A DNA stretch of 64,000 nucleotides, taken from Eubacterium sp. (GTDB taxonomy: Bacteria > Bacillota > Clostridia > Christensenellales > CAG-314). A program made the translations under genes and the position numbers. Positions 33,437 through 44,408 of the stretch are shown here, piece after piece; the first letter of the stretch is position 1; the number at the start of each line of letters is the position of its first letter. Location of the stretch: the NCBI GenBank assembly GCA_963653425.1, contig CAVJWC010000001.1, forward strand, positions 55,596 to 119,595, in the 5' to 3' direction. The notes beneath the pieces are model-generated. The model was given only the letters and a program-made list of their open reading frames with translations, was not told the origin of the DNA and did not search any database.

Positions 33437-34580
33437 ATCTGTTCTGATAGTCGGCGGCGGAGCGTCAGGGCTTGCCGCGGCAATAACGGCGGCTAAAAAG
33501 GGCTGTCGTGTAACCGTTCTTGAGAAAAACGAACGGGTAGGCAAAAAAATTCTTGTAACGGGAAACGGACGCTGTAATTTCGGTAACCTTTCCGTTACGG
33601 AAGGTTCGTACAACAATTCGAAATTCGTTTCGGACGTCCTTCTTCGCGCGAAAGAGGGTGCGAACAAGCTTTTTGAAGAAATCGGACTTATGAGTTATTC
33701 CGATTCGGAAGGAAGACTTTATCCCCTTTCCGAAACGGCTTCGAGCGTGCTGGATTGTCTTCGTTTTGCCTGTGAAAAATACGGCGTCGTTTTTTTGACG
33801 GGTAAAACCGCCGACGCTGTGTATAAACGCGACGTAGGATATACCGTTTTAAGCGGAGACGAAAGCTTCTTTGCCGATAACGTAATAATCGCCGTTGGCG
33901 GAAAGGCTCAGACTCAGACCTATAATCTCGAAAGACTGGTAGAAAATCGGGTTATAGTGCCTTACGTGCCGTCGCTTACGCCCGTTAAGGTGGATCCCGC
34001 GCCCAAGGCTCTTTCGGGGCTTAGGGTAAAATGCGTCGTAAGTCTTTATAGGGACGGCAAAGTCGTGCGCAGAGAAAAAGGCGAGGTTCAGTTCAAGGAC
34101 AACTCGCTCAGCGGAATAGTCGTTCTGAATATGTCCGCCTTTATCGCCCGTTCGAGAGAAGAACACGGTTTTGAAATTTCTCTCGACTTGTTTCCTGCCG
34201 TAAAAGCCGAAGATCTGCTTCCTTTACTTAAAGAAAGATACAATCAGTTCGGCGCTCAGCGTCTTATGACGGGTATGTTCCATAATCGTCTTTCGGACGA
34301 AATCAAAAGAAGGGCCATACTTCTCGATAAGAACGATTTGTCGGGACTTGCCACGGTTATAAAGGATTTCAGGTTCAGAGTGGAAGGGCTTGCGGGCTTT
34401 TCGGAAGCTCAGGTAATGTGTGGCGGAGTGGACGTCAGAGCATTGAGAACAAGTCTTGAATTCCGTAAAAACGAAGGACTTTACGCCTGCGGAGAAGCCG
34501 TGGACATAGACGGTCTTTGCGGCGGATTCAATCTGCATTGGGCTTTTTCCAGCGGAATAGTCGCGGGCGAATTGGAGTAA
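33429..34580 (+). CDS. HI0933/BaiN-like NAD(P)/FAD-dependent oxidoreductase
   Basis: 383 aa, N-terminal VLIVGGGASGLAAAITAAKKG dinucleotide fold, GNGRCN motif, C-terminal GGFNLHWAFSSG typical of the HI0933 family. Confidence 0.8.
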   Translation: MAESVLIVGGGASGLAAAITAAKKGCRVTVLEKNERVGKKILVTGNGRCNFGNLSVTEGSYNNSKFVSDVLLRAKEGANKLFEEIGLMSYSDSEGRLYPLSETASSVLDCLRFACEKYGVVFLTGKTADAVYKRDVGYTVLSGDESFFADNVIIAVGGKAQTQTYNLERLVENRVIVPYVPSLTPVKVDPAPKALSGLRVKCVVSLYRDGKVVRREKGEVQFKDNSLSGIVVLNMSAFIARSREEHGFEISLDLFPAVKAEDLLPLLKERYNQFGAQRLMTGMFHNRLSDEIKRRAILLDKNDLSGLATVIKDFRFRVEGLAGFSEAQVMCGGVDVRALRTSLEFRKNEGLYACGEAVDIDGLCGGFNLHWAFSSGIVAGELE

Positions 34581-34583
34581 ACG

Positions 34584-36170
34584 ATGGATTACAGAATAAA
34601 CAATCTTTCCGTCGCTTTTGACGAGAAAGATTTTTCGGGTATGATTGCGGACAGGCTCGGAATAAAGAAATCGGAGGTAAAAGCCCCCTTTCTTATAAAG
34701 CGTTCGCTTGATTGCCGTCACGGAAACGTAAAACAGGTTTTGTCGCTGGGTTTTGCGAGCGACCTCGATTTATCGGATAAAAAGAACGTTTTTCACTACG
34801 AAAAACCTATAAATTATCTTGACGGGATTCGTCCCCGCACTTGCAGCGGAAAGAAAATCATCGTTGCGGGAAGCGGGCCGGCGGGTCTCTTTTGTTGTAT
34901 GGCTTTGGCTCTTTCGGGCGCGAAAGTCATTCTTGCCGAACGCGGAGAGGACGTTAAACAAAGGAAAAAAGCCGTCGAAGACTTCTGGAATGGCGGAGAA
35001 CTCGATCTTTCGTCCAACGTTCAGTTCGGTCTCGGCGGAGCGGGTACTTTTTCCGACGGAAAACTTACTACGGGCATTGCCGACGAAGGCTTGTTTACCG
35101 TTTTCGACACTTTCAGAAGAATGGGCGCAAATCCCGATATAATGGTTTCGTCCACGCCCCATATAGGAACGGACGTTCTCGAAAAAGTCGTGGCTGACTT
35201 CCGCGACGAACTTATTAAAGCAGGCGCGGAAATCAGGTTCGGAACGACTTTAACCGACTTTGAAACAAAAGACGGAAAGATAACTTCGGCGATACTTAAC
35301 GAAAGAGGAATTGTCAGACGGGAACCGTGCGACGCTCTTGTGCTTGCGGTAGGGCACAGCGCGCGGGATACATTCGAAATGCTTGTTAAAAACGGCGTTT
35401 TAATGGAAAGAAAAGCCTTTGCCGTGGGCGTCAGAATAGAACACGAACAGGCTCTTATAAATGCGTATAAGTACGGAAAGTTTACCCACAGAGATCTTGA
35501 CGCGGCGGATTATAAGCTCGTGGAGCATCTGAGTAACGGAAGAACGGCGTATACCTTCTGTATGTGCCCGGGCGGTTTCGTAACGGCTGCCGCAAGCGAA
35601 AGAGGCGGACTTGTTACCAACGGAATGAGCAACCGCGACCGTGGCGGAGAGAACAGCAACAGCGCCCTTCTCGTAAACGTCAATCCCGAAGATTTCGGCG
35701 GAGAGGGCGTGCTTTCGGGCGTTGAATTCCAGCGCAGACTTGAAAGAAAAGCCTTTTCTCTTTTCGGTAATTACGTTGCGCCCGCGGAAAACACCTCGGA
35801 CTTTTTATCGGGAAGAAAACGTTTCGGAGAGGGGTACGAGTTCAAAGTAAAGCCCACCTACCAGAGAGGCGTGAAACCTGCCGATTTAAGAGAGTGTCTT
35901 CCTTCGTTCGTACACGAGTCTATAAGGGAAGCTCTCAGAGCTTTCGGGAAAAGAATCAAAGGCTTCGACACGGAGGGAGTTATGACGGCGGTGGAAACCA
36001 GAAGCAGCAGTCCCGTGAGAATTCTCCGTAACGAAAAGGGCGTAGCCAACGTTTCGGGACTGTATCCTTGCGGAGAAGGAGCCGGTTATGCGGGCGGAAT
36101 AGTCTCTGCTGCGACCGACGGACTGACCGTTGCGTGGAAAATCATCGCGCTTTATTCAAAAGAGGTATAA
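34584..36170 (+). CDS. FAD-dependent protein (COG2509-like dehydrogenase)
   Basis: 528 aa. Internal IIVAGSGPAGLFCCMALALSGAKVILAERG Rossmann motif after an about 85-aa N-domain. C-terminal GEGAGYAGGI. Confidence 0.75.
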   Translation: MDYRINNLSVAFDEKDFSGMIADRLGIKKSEVKAPFLIKRSLDCRHGNVKQVLSLGFASDLDLSDKKNVFHYEKPINYLDGIRPRTCSGKKIIVAGSGPAGLFCCMALALSGAKVILAERGEDVKQRKKAVEDFWNGGELDLSSNVQFGLGGAGTFSDGKLTTGIADEGLFTVFDTFRRMGANPDIMVSSTPHIGTDVLEKVVADFRDELIKAGAEIRFGTTLTDFETKDGKITSAILNERGIVRREPCDALVLAVGHSARDTFEMLVKNGVLMERKAFAVGVRIEHEQALINAYKYGKFTHRDLDAADYKLVEHLSNGRTAYTFCMCPGGFVTAAASERGGLVTNGMSNRDRGGENSNSALLVNVNPEDFGGEGVLSGVEFQRRLERKAFSLFGNYVAPAENTSDFLSGRKRFGEGYEFKVKPTYQRGVKPADLRECLPSFVHESIREALRAFGKRIKGFDTEGVMTAVETRSSSPVRILRNEKGVANVSGLYPCGEGAGYAGGIVSAATDGLTVAWKIIALYSKEV

Positions 36171-36306
36171 AAAGCGTAAAAAAATTACAAAATCATCTTA
36201 AAAATCATTGTGTTTTCCAGAAAATAGTGATAAACTATAAGGTAGCGGTGGTGCGCGTAAATTCAGACGCACTGCCTGATACAGCAATTAAGAGGTGAAA
36301 TTTTTT

Positions 36307-37347
36307 ATGGAAAAAATGGACGCGTTAGTCAAAAAATATCCGGCACCGGGTTTGGATCTTGAAAGAGTAGATATCCCCGTAGCAAAACCGGGCGAAGCTC
36401 TTTGCAAAATACATAAGACCGCTATCTGCGGAACGGACCTTCATATCTTCAACTGGGATCCGTGGAGTCAGCAGACTATAAAGACGCCTATGATCATAGG
36501 TCACGAATGGGTAGGCGAAATCGTTGAAATCAACGGTCAGAGCGAATACTTCAAAGTAGGCGATCAGGTAAGCGCAGAAGGTCACGTTACTTGCGGACAC
36601 TGCCGTAACTGCAGAGCCGGCAGAAAACATCTTTGCCCCACGGCTCAGGGTATCGGCGTAAACAGACCGGGTATTTTTGCGGAATACGCAGCTATTCCTC
36701 TTACCAACCTTTGGCACTGTGATCCTTCCATTCCCGAAGAAATGTACGCTATTTTCGATCCGTTCGGAAACGCAACTCACACCGCGCTTTCTTTCGTTAT
36801 GTCGGGTGAAGACGTTCTTATCACCGGCGCAGGTCCCATAGGTATTATGGCTGCCGCTATCTGCCGTCACGTAGGCGCAAGACGCGTAGTATTGACCGAC
36901 GTTACCGATTACAGACTCGAACTTGCAAAGGAAGTTTGCCCGACCATAAGAACAGTCAACACTCTCAAAGAGAAACTCGAAGACGTTATGAAAGAACAGG
37001 GTATCGTTGAAGGTTTCGACGTAGGTCTTGAAATGAGCGGTAGCGGTATAGCTCTCAATCAGATGATAGACGTTATGATCAACGGCGGTAAGATGGCTCT
37101 TCTCGGTATTCAGAAGCCCAACACCGTTATCGACTGGAACAAAGTCGTATTCAAAGGTCTTTTCATGAAGGGTATTTACGGCAGAGAAGTTTTCGAAACG
37201 TGGCACAAGATGACTGCTATGCTTCAGAGCGGACTTGACATCAGCAAGGTTATAACTCACAGATTCGACCACAAAGATTACCTTAAAGGTTTCGAACTTA
37301 TGAATACCGGTAAGAGCGGAAAGGTTATCCTTGACTGGACGAAATAA
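36307..37347 (+). CDS. tdh: L-threonine 3-dehydrogenase
   Basis: Zn-ADH fold: [16 protein letters not shown], Cys cluster [21 protein letters not shown]. Followed by kbl. The ATG at 36307 is preferred over the GTG at 36295. Confidence 0.9.
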   Translation: MEKMDALVKKYPAPGLDLERVDIPVAKPGEALCKIHKTAICGTDLHIFNWDPWSQQTIKTPMIIGHEWVGEIVEINGQSEYFKVGDQVSAEGHVTCGHCRNCRAGRKHLCPTAQGIGVNRPGIFAEYAAIPLTNLWHCDPSIPEEMYAIFDPFGNATHTALSFVMSGEDVLITGAGPIGIMAAAICRHVGARRVVLTDVTDYRLELAKEVCPTIRTVNTLKEKLEDVMKEQGIVEGFDVGLEMSGSGIALNQMIDVMINGGKMALLGIQKPNTVIDWNKVVFKGLFMKGIYGREVFETWHKMTAMLQSGLDISKVITHRFDHKDYLKGFELMNTGKSGKVILDWTK

Positions 37348-37374
37348 GTAATATAATTTTCAGGAGATTTATAT

Positions 37375-38565
37375 ATGTATAAGACAGGTAAAGAAGTTTA
37401 CACCAAGATCCTCGAAGGTATCAAAAACGACGGTCTCTGGAAAGAAGAACGTATTATAACCACGCCGCAGTCTAACGTTATCAACACAACCAAGGCTGAT
37501 AACGTTATAAATTTCTGCGCAAACAACTATCTCGGTCTTGCCAACAACGCCGAAGTTATTGCCGCGGCAAAAGCAGGTTACGACAAGTACGGTTTCGGTA
37601 TGGGCAGCGTTCGTTTCATCTGCGGTACTCAGACCATTCATAAGGAACTCGAAGCTAAAATAAGCTCCTTCCTCGGCACCGACGACACTATCCTTTATTC
37701 CAGCTGTTTCGACGCAAACGGCGGTCTTTTCGAGACCATCACCACAGCCGAAGACGCTATCATCTCCGACGAACTCAACCACGCAAGCATCATCGACGGC
37801 GTAAGACTTGCCAAAGCTAAGAGATACAGATATAAGAACAGCAATATGGAAGACCTCGAAGCTCAGCTCAAAAAGGCTGACGAAGACGGTGCAAGACTTA
37901 AAGTTATCGTTACCGACGGCGTTTTCAGCATGGACGGTATCATCGCTAACCTTAAAGGTATTTGCGACCTTGCCGATAAGTACGACGCTATGGTTGTCGT
38001 AGACGACTCTCACGCAACCGGTTTTGTAGGCGAACACGGCAAAGGTACCGCTGAATATTGCGGAGTTATGGGCAGAGTAGACGTTATCACTTCTACCTTC
38101 GGTAAAGCTATGGGCGGCGCTTCCGGCGGATTCACCAGCGGCAGAAAGGAAATCATCGACATTCTCCGTCAGAGAAGCAGACCTTACCTTTTCTCCAACG
38201 CGCTTGCTCCTTCCATCTGCGCTGCAACCCTTAAAGTTCTCGAAATCGTTGAAAGAGACGACTCTCTGAGAAAGAAGGTTATGGAAAACGCTAAGTACTT
38301 CCGTAGCGAAATGGAAAAGAACGGTTTCGATCTTATCGGTAAAGACCACGCTATCGTTCCCGTAATGTTCTACGACAGCGTTCTTGCAGCTAAGGTTGCG
38401 GATTATATGCTCAATAAGGGCATTTACGTAACGGGCTTCTTCTATCCCGTAGTTCCTAACGGCAAGGCAAGAATCAGAACGCAGATGTCTGCGGCTCACA
38501 CCAAAGCCGACATCGATAAGTGCGTTCAGGCGTTTATCGACGCTAAGAAGGAAATCGGTTTCTAA
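37375..38565 (+). CDS. kbl: glycine C-acetyltransferase (2-amino-3-ketobutyrate CoA ligase)
   Basis: 396 aa alpha-oxoamine synthase: [23 protein letters not shown] (PLP Lys). Classic tdh-kbl pairing. Confidence 0.92.
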   Translation: MYKTGKEVYTKILEGIKNDGLWKEERIITTPQSNVINTTKADNVINFCANNYLGLANNAEVIAAAKAGYDKYGFGMGSVRFICGTQTIHKELEAKISSFLGTDDTILYSSCFDANGGLFETITTAEDAIISDELNHASIIDGVRLAKAKRYRYKNSNMEDLEAQLKKADEDGARLKVIVTDGVFSMDGIIANLKGICDLADKYDAMVVVDDSHATGFVGEHGKGTAEYCGVMGRVDVITSTFGKAMGGASGGFTSGRKEIIDILRQRSRPYLFSNALAPSICAATLKVLEIVERDDSLRKKVMENAKYFRSEMEKNGFDLIGKDHAIVPVMFYDSVLAAKVADYMLNKGIYVTGFFYPVVPNGKARIRTQMSAAHTKADIDKCVQAFIDAKKEIGF

Positions 38566-38590
38566 GAAAACAATAAATACCTGATTCAAA

Positions 38591-38621
38591 GGGGACGAAC
38601 GTTTTTCATTCGTCCCTTTTG
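38591..38621 (+). terminator. intrinsic terminator after kbl
   Basis: GGGACGAA-cgtttttca-TTCGTCCC followed by TTTT. Confidence 0.8.
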
Positions 38622-38633
38622 TCGAGAGGGGAT

Positions 38634-39965
38634 ATGAAATTAAGAGTAAAAAATACCGTGCTCATAGGCTTTTCGTTTTTATCGATTATGCTCCTTTGGG
38701 CAGGATACAACTGGTTCGTTCCGTTGTTTCTGGACGCAAGACTGGAAAAACTCTTTAACGAATGGCTGGGTAACGAAAGCCTGACCAAGTTTTGCGTAGG
38801 TGCGGTAATGGGACTTGACAACCTTCTCGCGTTGTTTATGATTCCCGTCGTATCGAAACTGTCGGACAGAACTGACACTAAATACGGCAAGCGTATGCCT
38901 TTCGTGTTTATAGGTTTGCCCGTTGCGGCAATCGCGTTTGCAGTGCTTCCCTTCGTTGCTTCGGGTTCGCTTATCGTTCTCGTCCTCGTGTTACTGTTTA
39001 TCATGGTAGCCATGAACTTCTATCGTTCGCCCGCCGTCGCGCTTATGCCCGACATAACCCCCAAACCTTTACGCGAAAGGGGAAACGCGATAATCAACAT
39101 TATGGGCGGAATAGGCACGGGACTCGGTTATGCAATCGTATTCGTTTGCAGCGATAAAATTCTCAACACGTCTTATTTCGTTCCGATAGAAATCATCTCG
39201 GCTATAATGTTCGTCTGTCTTGCCGTTCTTGCTCTGACCGTCAGAGAAAACGAATTCAAACGTCAGATGTTCGAAGACGTAAAATCTTATTGCGAAAGAA
39301 CGGGCGAAAACGTCAGCGATTTTATAGGAGAAGAGGACGAAGAGAGCAAAACCGCTTCCGAGAAGACTTCTTCGAGTAAAGCCGACAGAAAGAATATGTT
39401 CGTTATGCTCGCGGCTATTTTGTTTTTCTATATGTCTACCAACGCCGTCGAGTCTTTTATGTCCACGTACAGCAATCACTTTTTCGGAAGCAGTACGCTC
39501 GGATTGGTGCTTTTCGCCGCGCTTGCGGTAGGTAACTTTATTTTTATGCTGCCGTCTACGGTACTTGCGGAAAAAATCGGAAGAAGGAACGCTATGCTTA
39601 TAGGCAGTGCGATTATGACGCTTTCCGCGGCAAGTCTGATTTTCGTAAGGCAGTTCAGCTGGTTCCTTATGATTCCGTTTTTCCTGTTCGGAATAGGAAT
39701 GGCTGTTATGGTAACAAATATGTATCCAGCGATAGTAAGCTTTTGCAGTAAGGGCGATTACGCAAGGTTTACGGGCTACTATTATTCTTCGACCATGCTC
39801 GCCCAATCGATAACTCCGGCTCTTGCCGGATTCTTTATGGCTCCTTATTTCGGAGGCGGCACAGGAAACTTAATGCCGTATTCCACGGTATTTGCCTTTC
39901 TTTGCTTTATAGCTCTTTTATTCGTAAGCAAAGACGGCGATGAAAAAAACAGAGGTAGAAAATGA
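38634..39965 (+). CDS. MFS transporter
   Basis: About 12 TM with a central hydrophilic loop, and the motif LSDRTDTKYGKRMPF (MFS loop 2-3). The ATG at 38634 (RBS AGAGGGGA) is preferred because the track start overlaps the terminator. Confidence 0.85.
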   Translation: MKLRVKNTVLIGFSFLSIMLLWAGYNWFVPLFLDARLEKLFNEWLGNESLTKFCVGAVMGLDNLLALFMIPVVSKLSDRTDTKYGKRMPFVFIGLPVAAIAFAVLPFVASGSLIVLVLVLLFIMVAMNFYRSPAVALMPDITPKPLRERGNAIINIMGGIGTGLGYAIVFVCSDKILNTSYFVPIEIISAIMFVCLAVLALTVRENEFKRQMFEDVKSYCERTGENVSDFIGEEDEESKTASEKTSSSKADRKNMFVMLAAILFFYMSTNAVESFMSTYSNHFFGSSTLGLVLFAALAVGNFIFMLPSTVLAEKIGRRNAMLIGSAIMTLSAASLIFVRQFSWFLMIPFFLFGIGMAVMVTNMYPAIVSFCSKGDYARFTGYYYSSTMLAQSITPALAGFFMAPYFGGGTGNLMPYSTVFAFLCFIALLFVSKDGDEKNRGRK

Positions 39966-41176
39966 AAACTTTAGACAGATTTTTGAAATACGTTTCCGTA
40001 GATACGGAATCCGATCCCGACGCGGAGTGCTTCCCGAGTACCGCAAAACAGAAAAACCTTCTTGAACTGCTTAAAAACGAACTTATCGAAATGGGCGTTT
40101 CCAATGCGAGAATGGACGAAAACGGATACGTTTACGCAAGCATTCCCGCTAACTGCGAAGGTCGTCCCGCAATAGGTTTTCTTTCGCACGTAGATACGTC
40201 CAGCGCCGTAAGCGGAGCAAACGTCAAACCCGCTATCATAAAATACGAAGGCGGAGATATAGTTCTTAACAAAGAGAAAAATATCGTTATGAAGGCTGAA
40301 ACTTACGCTTCTCTTGCAGAAAACGCAGGCAAAGAACTCGTAGTTACCGACGGAACGACTCTTTTGGGCGCAGACGACAAAGCAGGCGTTGCCGAAATTA
40401 TGTCGATGGCGGAATTCTTTATTGAAAATCCCGACGTAAAACACGGCGAAATTCTTATATCTTTCACTCCCGACGAAGAAATCGGAAGAGGCGTGGAATT
40501 CTTCAATATGGACGAATTCAAAGCTGATTTTGCTTATACCGTCGACGGCGGAGCTTTGGGCGAAATCGAATACGAGAATTTCAACGCAGCCGCTATGACC
40601 CTCACGGCTCACGGCGTAAGCATTCACCCCGGAAGCGCGAAGAATATGATGATAAATGCGGTAGAAGTTCTTATGGACTTCCATTCGCTTCTGCCCGCGG
40701 AAATGCGTCCGCAGTACACAGAAAATTACGAAGGTTTCTATCATCTCGATAAGATTTCCGGTTCCGTTCAGGAAGCCAAGTCCGACTATATAATCCGCGA
40801 CCACGACAAAGCCAAGTTCGAAGCAAAGAAGAATTACGCGCTTAAAGCGGCTGAACTTATCAACGCAAAATACGGCGAAGGAACGCTCGATATTAAGATC
40901 AAGGATTCTTACTACAATATGAGAGAGTTCGTCGAAAAGCATATGGAACTCGTTCATAACGCGGAAAAAGCCATGGAAAACGTAGGCGTAACGCCCGTAG
41001 TCGTTCCCATAAGAGGCGGAACGGACGGCGCTCAGCTGACTTACAGAGGACTCGTTTGCCCCAATTTATGTACGGGCGGATACAATTTCCACGGAATATA
41101 CGAATATATCCCCGTAGCTTCCCTCGATAAAATAGTAAACATTCTTATCGAAATCGTTAAGATTTTTGCCGAATAA
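39962..41176 (+). CDS. pepT: peptidase T (tripeptide aminopeptidase)
   Basis: 404 aa M20B. N-terminal LDRFLKYVSVDTESD, then SHVDT, GADDKAG, PDEEIG motifs. Confidence 0.93.
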   Translation: MKTLDRFLKYVSVDTESDPDAECFPSTAKQKNLLELLKNELIEMGVSNARMDENGYVYASIPANCEGRPAIGFLSHVDTSSAVSGANVKPAIIKYEGGDIVLNKEKNIVMKAETYASLAENAGKELVVTDGTTLLGADDKAGVAEIMSMAEFFIENPDVKHGEILISFTPDEEIGRGVEFFNMDEFKADFAYTVDGGALGEIEYENFNAAAMTLTAHGVSIHPGSAKNMMINAVEVLMDFHSLLPAEMRPQYTENYEGFYHLDKISGSVQEAKSDYIIRDHDKAKFEAKKNYALKAAELINAKYGEGTLDIKIKDSYYNMREFVEKHMELVHNAEKAMENVGVTPVVVPIRGGTDGAQLTYRGLVCPNLCTGGYNFHGIYEYIPVASLDKIVNILIEIVKIFAE

Positions 41177-41191
41177 ATTTCAGGTAAATCC

Positions 41192-41219
41192 GAGGATGCC
41201 TTTTACGGCATCCTCTTTT
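41192..41219 (+). terminator. intrinsic terminator after pepT
   Basis: GAGGATGCC-ttttac-GGCATCCTC followed by TTTT. Confidence 0.85.
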
Positions 41220-41266
41220 CGGTATAGAGTTAAAACATAATCCCCCAAGAGAGGAGACAGCCCGTT

Positions 41267-42250
41267 ATGGACAAAAAGTTAAAAAACAGAGGCAAAATCA
41301 TAAAGACGATAAATCCATTTTACACAAAGAAGAAGTTTTCTTTCTGCAATAAGATTATGGATGCGTTTGCCGTAGGAAGAAAATTATGCGGAGGCGTGAA
41401 TTATCGTCAGGAATTTATAAGGCGCGAAGACGGAACTTTACTCAGAATGTGTATTTATTCGCCCGAAAAGCAAACCGACGACGCTGTAGGTCTTTTATGG
41501 CTTCACGGCGGAGGTTACGCGATAGGCGTTCCCGAGCAGGATATTCCCTTTATCAAAAACTTCGTCAGAAACTTTAATTGCGTGGTGGTTGCGCCCGATT
41601 ACATCCGTTCGGTAGAAGAACCTTTCCCTGCCGCAATTCTCGACTGTTACGACGCGCTCGTATGGCTTGCTTCAAACGCAAAGGACTTGGGAGTAAATCC
41701 AGAGAAAATCTTCGTCGGCGGAGAATCTGCGGGCGGAGGACTTACAGCCGCGCTTTCTCTTTACGCAAGAGATATGGGCGAGGTTAATATTGCCTTTCAG
41801 ATGCCTCTTTATCCTATGCTTGACGACCGCGAAACGCCTTCTTCGAGAAATAACGATATGCCCGTGTGGGATACAGAATCCAACAGGCTTGCCTGGAAAC
41901 TCTATCTCGGCGAAGATACGGAGAACGTTTCTCAGTACGCCGCGCCCGCAAGAGCAACCGATTACAGTCGGCTTCCGCCTACGCTGACCTACGTCGGAAC
42001 GCTCGAACCTTTCCGCGACGAAACGGTTACTTACGTCGAAAATCTCAGAAAAGCGGGAGTGGACGTGTTGTTTGAAATCTTCGACGAATGCTACCACGGA
42101 TTCGATATAGTCGCGCCGGGAAGCGAACCCGGGAAAAAAGCGAGAGAATTCTTACTTTCGGGCTTTTCTTTCGCTACCGAACACTATTCTGCTTCTCAAC
42201 CCGAAAAATCCAAGCCTGCTAAACCTCTTTTATCGAGGAAGAAGATTTAG
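41267..42250 (+). CDS. alpha/beta hydrolase (HSL-type esterase/lipase)
   Basis: 327 aa. HGGGY oxyanion motif, nucleophile elbow GESAGG, C-terminal His region (CYHGF). Confidence 0.85.
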   Translation: MDKKLKNRGKIIKTINPFYTKKKFSFCNKIMDAFAVGRKLCGGVNYRQEFIRREDGTLLRMCIYSPEKQTDDAVGLLWLHGGGYAIGVPEQDIPFIKNFVRNFNCVVVAPDYIRSVEEPFPAAILDCYDALVWLASNAKDLGVNPEKIFVGGESAGGGLTAALSLYARDMGEVNIAFQMPLYPMLDDRETPSSRNNDMPVWDTESNRLAWKLYLGEDTENVSQYAAPARATDYSRLPPTLTYVGTLEPFRDETVTYVENLRKAGVDVLFEIFDECYHGFDIVAPGSEPGKKAREFLLSGFSFATEHYSASQPEKSKPAKPLLSRKKI

Positions 42251-42425
42251 AAGTTCAATTTATATAGCGAGTAGTAAAACAAGAGCGCTTTAAGCATAAA
42301 TTTATAAACCGAAAACGAGAAAATTCGTCGCGCGGAAAACGTCCGCACGGCGTTTTTTATTGCTTGCGGTATAAAAACGGCGATAACGGCAATGCTTTTT
42401 CCGAGAACTGTTTAAGGAGAAGAAA

Positions 42426-43217
42426 ATGAAGAGGAAAATCGTCGTTTTAATCGTTGTTTTGTCTGTATTTGCGTTATTGCCTGTCGGTTGCGAAAGAAGC
42501 AGTACGGGAGCGAATATGACCGTCACGGCTTACGGAACGGTAGGAAACTGTATAGGCGAAGTTTCGCTTACTACCGATAAATCGGGAGCCGTTGTCGATA
42601 TGACAGTTGAGGAGTATTATACACCGCACAATCTGTTTCTTCTTTCGGAGTACGATCGGACGCTTTTCGGAGAAGGACAGACCGAAAAAGCGGTTTTAAG
42701 CGACGGAAAGAACTACGAATATATAAAAACCGTATCCGTCGGCGGAGAAACTTTCACTTTGTATAAAACCGAATTAAAGGATAAAGACGGAAAGTCCTAT
42801 AAAACGCCGAGGTTTTCCGTAGATTATTCGAGTAAAAACAAAAAGAGCCTGAAAAGTTATATATCGACAGACGAAGGCGGAGAGTATTTCGTGAAAATGC
42901 TTAAACGAGGCGAAGTTACCGCAGGAATTGTCGTTAACGGGAAATATCAGGCGGTAGCTCAGGCTAAATATCTCGGTGGTATAAACAAAAGCTGTACGGG
43001 TTTTTGGTCGGAAGATTTATCTGAGAGTAAAGGTTGGGCTTTGAACGTTCAGCTCTTCAAAACGAAAATGATTAAAGAATTCAATAAGAACGAAGTCAAT
43101 AAGCCCGATAAAGATTATACGGAAGAAGTAAAGACGGCTTCGGGCGCAACTTTCTCTTCGTTTGAAGACTACGTTTATATCGCCTATAAAGCCTATAAAA
43201 AACTTACGAGCAAATAA
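42426..43217 (+). CDS. hypothetical lipoprotein
   Basis: 263 aa. Signal peptide with lipobox LLPVGC. RBS AAGGAGA. No family recognised. Confidence 0.7.
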   Translation: MKRKIVVLIVVLSVFALLPVGCERSSTGANMTVTAYGTVGNCIGEVSLTTDKSGAVVDMTVEEYYTPHNLFLLSEYDRTLFGEGQTEKAVLSDGKNYEYIKTVSVGGETFTLYKTELKDKDGKSYKTPRFSVDYSSKNKKSLKSYISTDEGGEYFVKMLKRGEVTAGIVVNGKYQAVAQAKYLGGINKSCTGFWSEDLSESKGWALNVQLFKTKMIKEFNKNEVNKPDKDYTEEVKTASGATFSSFEDYVYIAYKAYKKLTSK

Positions 43218-43222
43218 AACGG

Positions 43223-43251
43223 GAATAATTATCGCAAACGGTTGCACACTA
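43223..43251 (+). promoter_or_regulatory. candidate forespore (sigmaG/sigmaF-type) promoter of spoIVB
   Basis: GAATA (43223-43227), 17 nt spacer, CACACTA (43245-43251), against my recollection of the sigmaG consensus GHATR-N17/18-CATxxTA. 39 nt upstream of the ATG at 43290. Confidence 0.35.
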
Positions 43252-43289
43252 AGAGAGAAATATCAGCCTGCGGGCTATTGAGAGGTACT

Positions 43290-44408
43290 ATGAAAAAACC
43301 TATATTGGCGGTGATTCTTCTTGTGTTGCTCGGCTCGGCTTTGAGCGCAGTATTTTGCCCGTTCAAAGCCGTTCTGACGTCTGCCGAGCAGTACGATTGT
43401 TCTTTATCGGACAACGAAAACCTTTACGCGTCGGGCGAAACCATTATAGATAAGATCGGTCAGGCTATCTTTAAGGGTAAAACCGTCGTCGGCGAAGTTC
43501 GTCTGGGAGGAATTCCTATCGGGATAAGTCTCGAATCGAGCGGAGTAAAAGTTATCGGAATAAGCGAAATAATGACGAAAAACGGCGTTCAGTGTCCAGC
43601 GATAGAGTCGGATATAAGAATAGGCGACGTGATAATCGGAGCTGACGGCGTTGAAATAAACAGTTCTCTTCGTTTAAGTCAGCTGGTCTTAGAAAGCAAC
43701 GGAGAGGAGATCGAACTTGAAATTATACGGGGAGAAAAACTAAAAAAGAAAATAAAACCGCTTTACGACGAACTTAGCGGAAAATACAAACTCGGACTCT
43801 GGACGAAAGAGGGCAGTAGCGGAATAGGCACGCTGACGTTTGTAAAAGAAGACGGACGGTTCGCGTCTTTGGGGCATCCGATAGTCAATCCCGAAACGGG
43901 AGAGATATATAAAATCAGCGGAGGAAGCGTTTATAAGTGCGTGATAACGGGAGCCGTAAAAGGCGGAAGAGGCAGAGCCGGAGAACTCAGAGGCGATTTT
44001 AAGGACGTGAAACTCGGAACGGTTTCTTCCAACGGGAAAATCGGCGTTTACGGAACGTTTACAAACCGTGACTATCTTAGTTATCCCAAGATAAAGATTC
44101 TTTCGTCCAAGTCGGTAAAACCAGGGAAAGCCTACGTTTATTCTACCGTGGAAGGCGAAAAGCCCGAACTATACGAAGCCGAAATAATCAAAGCTTCCGT
44201 TCAGAGCGGAGAAAGCGACAAAGGAATAGTCGTAAGAATTACCGATAAAAGACTTATCGAAAAGACGGGCGGTATCGTTCAGGGAATGAGCGGAAGTCCC
44301 ATTATTCAGGAAGGTTGTCTCGTCGGCGCGGTAACTCACGTTTTCGTAAGCGACGGAGTGAAGGGATACGGAGTTTACGCCGAATTTATGTACGACAAAC
44401 TGAAATAA
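43290..44408 (+). CDS. spoIVB: SpoIVB peptidase (S55)
   Basis: Signal-anchor, PDZ (IRIGDVIIGADGVEI), S55 motifs GTLTFV...SLGHPI and GMSGSPII. The ATG at 43290 (RBS GAGAGG) is preferred over the track start at 43242. Confidence 0.93.
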   Translation: MKKPILAVILLVLLGSALSAVFCPFKAVLTSAEQYDCSLSDNENLYASGETIIDKIGQAIFKGKTVVGEVRLGGIPIGISLESSGVKVIGISEIMTKNGVQCPAIESDIRIGDVIIGADGVEINSSLRLSQLVLESNGEEIELEIIRGEKLKKKIKPLYDELSGKYKLGLWTKEGSSGIGTLTFVKEDGRFASLGHPIVNPETGEIYKISGGSVYKCVITGAVKGGRGRAGELRGDFKDVKLGTVSSNGKIGVYGTFTNRDYLSYPKIKILSSKSVKPGKAYVYSTVEGEKPELYEAEIIKASVQSGESDKGIVVRITDKRLIEKTGGIVQGMSGSPIIQEGCLVGAVTHVFVSDGVKGYGVYAEFMYDKLK

